A DNA stretch of 64,000 nt from Octopus sinensis. Lineage: Eukaryota. Where the stretch lies: positions 144,584,001 through 144,648,000 of the forward strand of contig NC_043000.1 of the NCBI RefSeq assembly GCF_006345805.1, read 5' to 3'. This document shows, one piece after another, positions 55,859 to 64,000 of this stretch (within the stretch, counting starts at the first letter, position 1; each line of letters opens with the position of its first letter). The notes below the pieces were generated by a model. It made no database searches and was not told the origin of the DNA. It saw only the letters and a list, made by a program, of their open reading frames with translations. The position numbers and the translations under genes were made by a program.

Positions 55859-56385
55859 GCACAGGAGTGGCTGTGTGGTAAGTAGCTTGTTTACCAACCA
55901 CATGGTTCCAGGTTCAGTCCCACTGCGTGGCACCGTGTGGTAAGTAGCTTGTTTACCAACCACATGGTTCCAGGTTCAGTCCCACTGCGTGGCACCGTGT
56001 GGTAAGTAGCTTGTTTACCAACCACATGGTTCCGGGTTCAGTCCCACTGTGTGGCACCTTGGGCAAGTGTCTTCTACTATAGCCTCGGGCCGACCAAAGC
56101 CTTCTGAGTGGATTCGGTAGACGGAAACTGAGAGAAGCCCGTCGTATATATGTATATATATACGCGTGTGTGTGTTTGTGTGTCTGTTTTTGTCCCCCTA
56201 GCATTGCTTGACAACTGATGCTGGTGTTTTTATGTCCCCGTTACTTAGCGGTTCGGCAAAAGTGACCGATAGAATAAGTACTGGGCTTACAAAAGAATAA
56301 GTCCCGGAGTCGAGTTGCTCGATTAAAGGCGATGCTCCAGCATCGCCGCAGTCAAATGACTGAAACAAGTAAAAGAGTAAGAGTA
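55859..56385 (+). mobile_element. SINE family A with triplicated 62-bp head
   Basis: Repeat units start at 55873, 55935 and 55997. The remainder matches 6150-6543. Confidence 0.9.
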
Positions 56386-57403
56386 TATACATATATATGC
56401 GTGTATGTGTAGAGATATATATTTACTTATATTTTATGCATGTACATATATATACACACATAAATGTACATGTGAATCTCTGCATATGGATACACCTACT
56501 TGAACGTACATACACGCACGTGATACACACAAACACACAGATACATACGCATATATTGAGAGAGATAGAAAGAGGCAGAGAAAGTCAAGGATAAACAGGA
56601 AGAGAGAGAAAGAGTCAATTAGAGAGAAAAATGTCAGAAAACAGAAATAACAGACAGAAAACATAAAAAAACATACCGAAGTAATCAACGTAAATATATA
56701 TAATTTATTAATACGTTACTTTATGACAGTGTACCTAATTTTATGTTTAGTGAGTTTGTGTTTATATGATTTTTTATGGGTCCTATGAATAAACAGATAT
56801 AAAATTTCGAAGTAAACAAGTCGTCAAGCAATCACAATATGAAAGTCTAAAATTTCAATAGTTTCAAGAGGTTTTCGTATTCATTTTCTGCATAAAACTG
56901 CATTTTAGTAGATATGACTTTTCCAATGACCGTTTTAAATACGAAGATATATTTCAAGATTCCATTTTGCAGGAACAAAATCAATAAATCAATAATATCT
57001 CGCTTCAAACAGTCGAGAGAAATTTTCTACATCCTGATTCGTAGTTTACGCTTTACCTTTTCAACATTTATGGAGTACTACGTTGAGATTGAAACACACA
57101 ACACAGATTGCGTCTATTTTAACCATACTTCATGCATCATTAATTATTTATAAAAGTATTCAATAGATGAAACAGTGAAGAGAATAAAAAAAAACTGTGA
57201 CGTATTGTACATGGATATCGAATGATGTGTGTGAACTGTTGTAATTCGAGGTACTTTTATTCGTATATATATTCTGCATGGCTGAGTAAAAGGATCTTAC
57301 ACACATACGCAATCCTACGCAGTATCATATGATGCAAATATTTTGCACACAAATATATATGTATGCATCTCTCTCTCTCTCTCTCTCTGTATGTATGTAT
57401 ATA

Positions 57404-57435
<32 letters not shown>

Positions 57436-57739
57436 GTGTGCGTGTGTGTGTGTGTGTGTGCATTTATCTATACAACTGCGCATATATTATATGCATATAT
57501 ATGTGAATGCATGCACATGTAAATTTACACAGACATACACAAACATATACACACGAACGCACGACATACACACATAAAAATGCACATATATATTTTACAT
57601 ACGCATGCGAAATGGGGTGACTTTTCAGCTTCTAATTTCTTAGGTATATGCATTACAGAGATCACTATTTATTTCGGTGCCCTTCTGCTTTGCATATATT
57701 TGTGTTGTTACATAAGGGAGTCTATTTATACACGTCATC

Positions 57740-57880
57740 TACGAGGGGTTAGAAACCGAAATGTACCAATATTATTTTATCCACTTAGCTTTTCAAGTTT
57801 CTGCTTTTTTTATCGCCTTGAAAATATATTCTCAATTTGAACTAATGCATCGGTCCAGACGCGTTTTCCACTGTTCCAAG
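57740..57880 (-). mobile_element. Mariner 3' terminal fragment
   Basis: tacgagggg TIR-like start. Minus strand translates to QWKTRLDRCISSN*EYIF. Confidence 0.5.
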
Positions 57881-58463
57881 TGAGAGGGAGAGGGAGAGAG
57901 AGGGAGATAAAGAGAGAGAGAGAGAGTGAGAGAGGTTCCTTCTCATCTGATTACCAATTTTGTATCTACCACAACACCGAGGATTGAACGCGTTTCATCC
58001 TTCCTTTGCAGAAATTCTACTTTCTACAAATTTCTGCTTCCACAATTTTCATAGCATATAATATATGCAATGGTTAATCTTAACATTAACGGCATCAGAC
58101 TTACCAGTCTCAGAGGGCAAACAATGGACAAGGTCACTGCAACTTACTCGAAACACGGCAAGTCATAACTTTCACAGAACGAAGGAAAACGGCAAGATGT
58201 TTGTATGCTCGTAGTTATTTAGTTCTTTTAAGCTCAAATGAGCATTTCATAAGGCTATGGCTCTTGTGCTAGTGGCCTTCTTCATTTCCCATAGTATTTC
58301 AAAACCAAGTCGGAGCTATATAATCTGCGAAGGTTTCCTAGCTGAAAAAGTTTTACACACTTAATACAAGAAAGTATCGCCTATTGGGAGGAGGGTTCAT
58401 ATAATCAATTTCATGTCGATGGACAGCTATGTATATATATATATATATTAGCCTTTTCAAAAT

Positions 58464-58654
58464 GTGACCTCGTGTGTACCGTTGGTGATTTTTTCCCTCT
58501 GTCTTCCCTTCTCTGGATCTTTCCTTCTCCTATGTTTCCGACGAAGAGCTACGTTCGAAACGTTAAACCCTCCTTCTTTCCTGGCCGTCCAATAATACTA
58601 TATTTGTTCCACGTCCTCGCGTTGTTGTGTCTTTTTGTGTTTTCTTGTTTGGAT

Positions 58655-58660
<6 letters not shown>
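58464..58660 (+). mobile_element. ~200-bp solo pLTR-like element with minimal HHR, next to (TA)n
   Basis: gttt-CCGACGA-a-gagc-tac-gttc-GAAACGTT-aaac. Homologous to 63308-63514. Confidence 0.75.
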
Positions 58661-58695
<35 letters not shown>

Positions 58696-59137
58696 GGAGA
58701 GAGATACAGAGAGACAGAGAGAGACAGACAGACAGACAGACAAACAGACAGGCAGATGCATACATATATATCTATATTTCGAAAGTAATATTTATAAAAT
58801 TGGCTTCAAAATGATAAATAATACTGACGGTGAACGTGTTTCCTCTTGAATCGGTTTAAATGTTGGCTAACTGCACAGAATGTTGGTGATACCCGAGCTA
58901 ATAATAAGTTGCGTAACTTCGGTATTCATTCAGGTTCCTGATATTTCCACCCTAACTTCGAATGGCAGAAAAATAATAGACCATGAAATAGTTACGTCGA
59001 CAATGACACCAAAATGTGCACCTAAGAGTGAGCAGTTGAAACGCTGGTAGATATACAAAACTATGCTGTAAATAACTGTTTAATAAGATTATAAATGTGG
59101 AAAAAATTCTGTTCTCTTCACCATTATTAATACTATA

Positions 59138-59169
<32 letters not shown>

Positions 59170-59172
59170 GTC

Positions 59173-59210
<38 letters not shown>

Positions 59211-59888
59211 CATATTTACATTTATATCTTGTTATATCAGAGTACGTATATACACAGATAGATAGAGAAAGAAAGAAAGAAAGAAAAAAGAAAGAAAGAA
59301 GGAAGGAGAGAATTATGAAAACAAAGAATGAGAAGTCGTATGCTCCGATAGGTATACTATTCATAAGTATGCATCCATCTATATAGGGGTGTGTCTAGTA
59401 TGTATGCATTTTCATTTACATAAATCTGATTAACTTGTTTTATTTCATCTTAACACTCATTGAATTGCAAAACAAACAGCTTATGTCTTATAAGTATCTA
59501 ATTTAGTACAATTTTCAGCTTGAAAACAAAATTAAATGGCGTATGAACAACATCGGCTGTATTTCATAAATATTTACTCTAAATTTGTATCGTGTATTAT
59601 ACATATGCGTACATGTTAATATATCTCATTATTATTCGGATTCAATATTGCCCACCTTATAATATACATTAAGATATATACAATATTTAGCATATCACTG
59701 CATTCTGCTACTGTAGAATATATTATCCAGCAAATAAGCTGATATACCACTTTAGATTACAAAAGTTTGGAGGCATCGAAATGGAAAATTCCCATGTAAA
59801 GTGAATTGTATGAAATATTTTGCATAGCAATATTTAGTTGTATGTTAAACGTAAATTCAAAAACATGTTAGAATAAAAATTATTATTA

Positions 59889-59976
<88 letters not shown>

Positions 59977-60075
59977 CATCATTATTATTATCATCGTTAT
60001 TATTATATATACAAACATGCATATACATGTGTATGTTTGCATATATGTAGGTATATCTACATATACATCAAACAA

Positions 60076-60119
<44 letters not shown>

Positions 60120-60491
60120 TCATATTATATCACTATATCTGCATCCATGTGCACACATACACATGCATATGCACACACACGCACAAACATATATAGATGT
60201 ATATATATAGAGAGAGAGAGGAGGGGAGACGGAAAAATGGAGAGCTATGTGGACACTTTCATACAGAGACACACGCATTTATAAATACAAAAACATGATG
60301 TAGATGTTAAGACAGATGTTAAAAGAGAGATAATATCAAAAAATTTGTCTCTCCAATAAACAGAAAGATAAATGTGAATTTCCATACATACATATTTACT
60401 TATATTCTTGACTTATCAGAATACTTATCTGAGTATGTATAATATAAGTACACATGCATATGCAAGTATGCCAGTTGGTATCTCTATCTAT

Positions 60492-60534
<43 letters not shown>

Positions 60535-60558
60535 AACATATATATATATATATAAATA

Positions 60559-60888
60559 GTGAAGACGCATGGCTCAGTGGTTAGAGCGTCGAGCTTACGA
60601 TCGTGAGTTTGTGAGCTCGAATCCCGGACCGGGCTGCGTGCTGTGTTCTTGAGCAAGGCACTTTATTTCACGTTGCTCCAGTTCACTCAGCTGTAGAAAT
60701 GAGTTGCGACGCCACTGGTGCCAAGCTGTATCGACCTTTGTCTTTCCCTTGGATAACACTGGGGGCGTGGAGAGGGGAGGGCGACTGCTGGTCTTCCATA
60801 AACAACCATGCCCGGACTTGTGTCTAGGAGGGTAAATTTCTAGGTGCAATCCCATGGTCATTCATGACCGAAGGGGGTCTTTACCCTT
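60559..60888 (+). mobile_element. tRNA-derived SINE family D
   Basis: A-box tggctcagtggttagagc, anticodon-like ttacgat, B-box gctcgaatccc, and body cttgagcaaggcact...ctcagctgta. Confidence 0.8.
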
Positions 60889-60968
60889 TATATATATATA
60901 TATACATACATATACATATATATACATATATATATATATATATATGCATATATATATAGATATATATA

Positions 60969-61059
<91 letters not shown>

Positions 61060-62234
61060 GTACATAAATACATGCATACATACTTGTGAATGGTGACATA
61101 TCCATTCTTGAAATGTGTGCATAAACAGTATAATAACTAACTTAGTAGTAACGACAACAATGCCTCCGTTTTGAAAGAATTAACCTGAAATGTTATGATA
61201 TAATGCAATAGCATACTAAGCGTTTCATGGTTTGGGTATAGAACTGTGAGAGTGGAAATATTGCAAATCTATTTTACAACAGTTGTGCAAAGCACGAAAT
61301 GGTATATGTTATCAATAATGAATGAAACATCAACGAATACATAAATATGATTATTTTCAATTATATATGCTGCTGTTAAATTGAAACATATTTCGATGTA
61401 TAAAAAATTTATATAATATACAGACACTGCATTTATTTCCTATGGTAAAACATATCTACCGTGTATTTTCTTAAAATATTACTATTGTACATACGTATAT
61501 GCTGTATAATTTCGGATGTCTGAAGTAATTATTGCTCAGTCATAAGTCATAATTCATTGTGTCTGTTTTGGTAAATGTTTTATAATAAAATAGCCTTCGC
61601 CGTAGGTAATAGATTTAAACGCTTTCTCACCGAACGAAGTAGATTTTTATTACAAAAATATTTTTTAACAGTAATATTTTATTCCACAAGAGTAGAAATA
61701 TAGAAAAGTATAAGTTGAAAATGCATGGAGAAGAGTTGAAATTTTCCTATTATATTTAAAGTTTCGACCAGTTTGACACTTTACACTGATTTTCAAAATT
61801 TGAGATCGAAAGAAGTGGGTTCTGCCGCAACTGGTTTGCTTCTGATTAGTGTTTTAAGCTTGTCCTTTATTCTTATTTTCTGATGGGGAATATATGGCAC
61901 AAAATATTATATTTTGGGTAGGACTTGACTGATAAAGGATAGTTACGTGACAGGTCTTAGAAATATTTTTATATTCTATGCTACGTCTGTACAAAGGCAG
62001 ATTGAGCTGACCTAGAATATGATGTACATATGTTTTCACATAAGTCTGTGTCAACTTAGTGGAATCTGCCTAGTATCGAGGTTTTATATTTGTTAGCACT
62101 CAGTCTGAATTCATGTGAATGACGTGTTTCGAAGCTTTGGGTTTCCTGTAATAGGAGTGGAGGAGCTGCACTTTGTTGTTCCCAGTTTCTAACCAAAGTT
62201 CAGTATCGTATCACACCTATGTAGGACGTACTCC

Positions 62235-62455
62235 TTTAAGAATACAAAATGCACCAATGATAAATGCATGGTATGTAGGATTAATATTGGCCTTCTCTGT
62301 AGAACTAGAAATGGTGTCTACAGCCTAAAGTGCAAAGAGGTTGCTTGTAAAGACATTAACATGATATACATAGGTGAGACATCTAAGAGCATTGCGGAAA
62401 GACTAAATCAGCTTTCGAGACAATTTGACGACAAAAACAGTCCTCCATACTCTAC
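62235..62455 (+). pseudogene. PLE GIY-YIG endonuclease fragment (possible opposite-strand EN remnant at ~61860-62130)
   Basis: KCTNDKCMVC...CRTRNGVYSLKCKEVAC...IYIGETSKSIAERL. Confidence 0.7.
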
Positions 62456-62525
62456 CAAGATACCAACTTATGTATGTCTGTGGGAGTGTGTGCGTGTGTG
62501 TGTGCGTATATATATATATATATAT

Positions 62526-62572
<47 letters not shown>

Positions 62573-62733
62573 CGTATCTTTGCCATTTCAATATGGCTAA
62601 CCCCTAAGGGTGGATGCTACTATAGTTTTTAGCCCCAGGAGGACACACTCCTCCAGCTGGCCATAGACACACTTTCTGTGTCCTGTCAGTATTTGCAAAG
62701 GGAAGTCATCCTTCCCGTCTTCAACTTATGATA

Positions 62734-62778
62734 CACACGGACTCGAGTTTCGAGGTATTGACCTCTCGTCAGCGTGTG
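62734..62778 (-). ncRNA. Type I hammerhead ribozyme, copy 1
   Basis: cacacg-CTGACGA-gaggt-caat-acctc-GAAAC-tcga-GTC-cgtgtg. All core nucleotides and three stems are intact. Confidence 0.92.
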
Positions 62779-63086
62779 ACAATCATAGTTGTCGGCGAGA
62801 ATTAGATCTCCTTCACAAATACTTATACTTTTTCCAGCGCCCACTGTCGCTGATATTGAAAAAGTGAAATCAAACAATGATAAATATCAAAGTGAGTTAT
62901 ATACAGTAGCGGTAACACATCGTGACGTATTTTTGCCATTTCAATATGGCTAACCCCTAAGGGTGGATGCTACTATAGTTTTTAGCCCCAGGAGGACACA
63001 CTCCTCTAGCTGGCCATAGACACACTTTCTGTGTCCTGTCAGTATTTGCGAAGGGAAGTCATCCTTCCCGTCTTCAACTTATGATA

Positions 63087-63131
63087 CACACGGACTCGAG
63101 TTTCGAGGTATTGACCTCTCGTCAGCGTGTG
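63087..63131 (-). ncRNA. Type I hammerhead ribozyme, copy 2
   Basis: Identical to 62734-62778. Confidence 0.92.
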
Positions 63132-63166
63132 ACAATCATAGTTGCCGGCGAGAATTAGATCTCCTT

Positions 63167-63226
<60 letters not shown>

Positions 63227-63248
63227 TATATATATATATATACACCAC

Positions 63249-63307
<59 letters not shown>

Positions 63308-63310
<3 letters not shown>

Positions 63311-63514
63311 CTAATATAAACATGAACAAGGAGAAAACACAACAACGCGAGGACGTGGAACAAGTATAGAGTTATTGGACTTTCAGGAAAGGAAAGAAAG
63401 ACGGAGGATTTAACGTTTCGATGGGAGCTCTTCGTCAGAAATTTGTAAAAAAGGAAAAGTCCAAGGGAGGGAAGACGGAGAAAGAAAATCGCCAACGATA
63501 CACACGCGGTCACA
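63308..63514 (-). mobile_element. ~200-bp solo pLTR-like element with minimal HHR (63408-63442)
   Basis: attt-CTGACGA-agagctcccatc-GAAACGTT-aaat. Abuts (TA)n. Confidence 0.75.
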
Positions 63515-64000
63515 CATATACGTATGTATATATGTGTATATGCATATATATGTAGTTAAATGGATACGAATGTAAACAAAGAGACTCAGAGAGAGATAGG
63601 TACGTAGGTAATATGAACAGACAAGCACACATACACACATGCATACACAAATGAAGAGTGAAACACATGACATTACACATAATTCACACAAGGCACGTAT
63701 GGAGACACACATCTATACATATCAGATGCACGCACGTAGTTAGAAGGAGAGATACATACACACACAAACGCACATTCATATGAAGAATACATGCATATAA
63801 ACGTACACACATGCATACATATATATATATATGCATATGTATATATATATATGCATACATTCATATATATATATATAGATATGGGCATACATGCATACAT
63901 ATGTGTATGCGCACGCTCTGACACATATACATGCGCACAAACAAACAAAAAGAATGCAGCTCAGAGAACAGACAGAGTCAACGACTATTGAAAAGTTTGT

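Larger units (their letters stand above)
62569..63170 (-). mobile_element. Partial tandem repeat (353-bp period) with two intact type I hammerhead ribozymes; retrozyme-like
   Basis: 249-bp direct repeats at 62569-62817 and 62922-63170 differ by 4 substitutions. (TA)n flanks both sides. Confidence 0.9.

Noticed and set aside
55873-56058. CRISPR-like regular repeats
   Set aside because: The units are contiguous with no spacers, and they lie within a eukaryotic SINE.

Overview
AT-rich, microsatellite-saturated animal genomic DNA, most likely an octopus or related cephalopod (inferred from recognisable tRNA-SINE families, not verified). I can support no host protein-coding exon. Most ORFs in the track are translations of (TA)n, (TAA)n, (GATA)n or (CA)n repeats. 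The window is a mosaic of mobile elements: R4/Dong-type RLE LINE fragments in (TAA)n, a CR1/L2-group LINE, an L1/Tx1-type fragment, Tc1/mariner transposons, non-autonomous Helitrons, several SINE families, and Penelope-like elements (PLEs) in (TA)n. The most notable signal is a set of hammerhead-ribozyme (HHR) elements. One is a tandem pair of intact type I HHRs 353 nt apart, a candidate retrozyme or circRNA unit (62569-63170). Another is a TSD-flanked fold-back element that joins a tRNA-like head to HHR-bearing arms, a candidate Penelope-mobilised SINE (54679-55102). There is also an RT+GIY-YIG PLE with inverted HHR-containing pseudo-LTRs (37547-40913) and a dispersed ~200-bp HHR family. All folds and alignments were read by eye.
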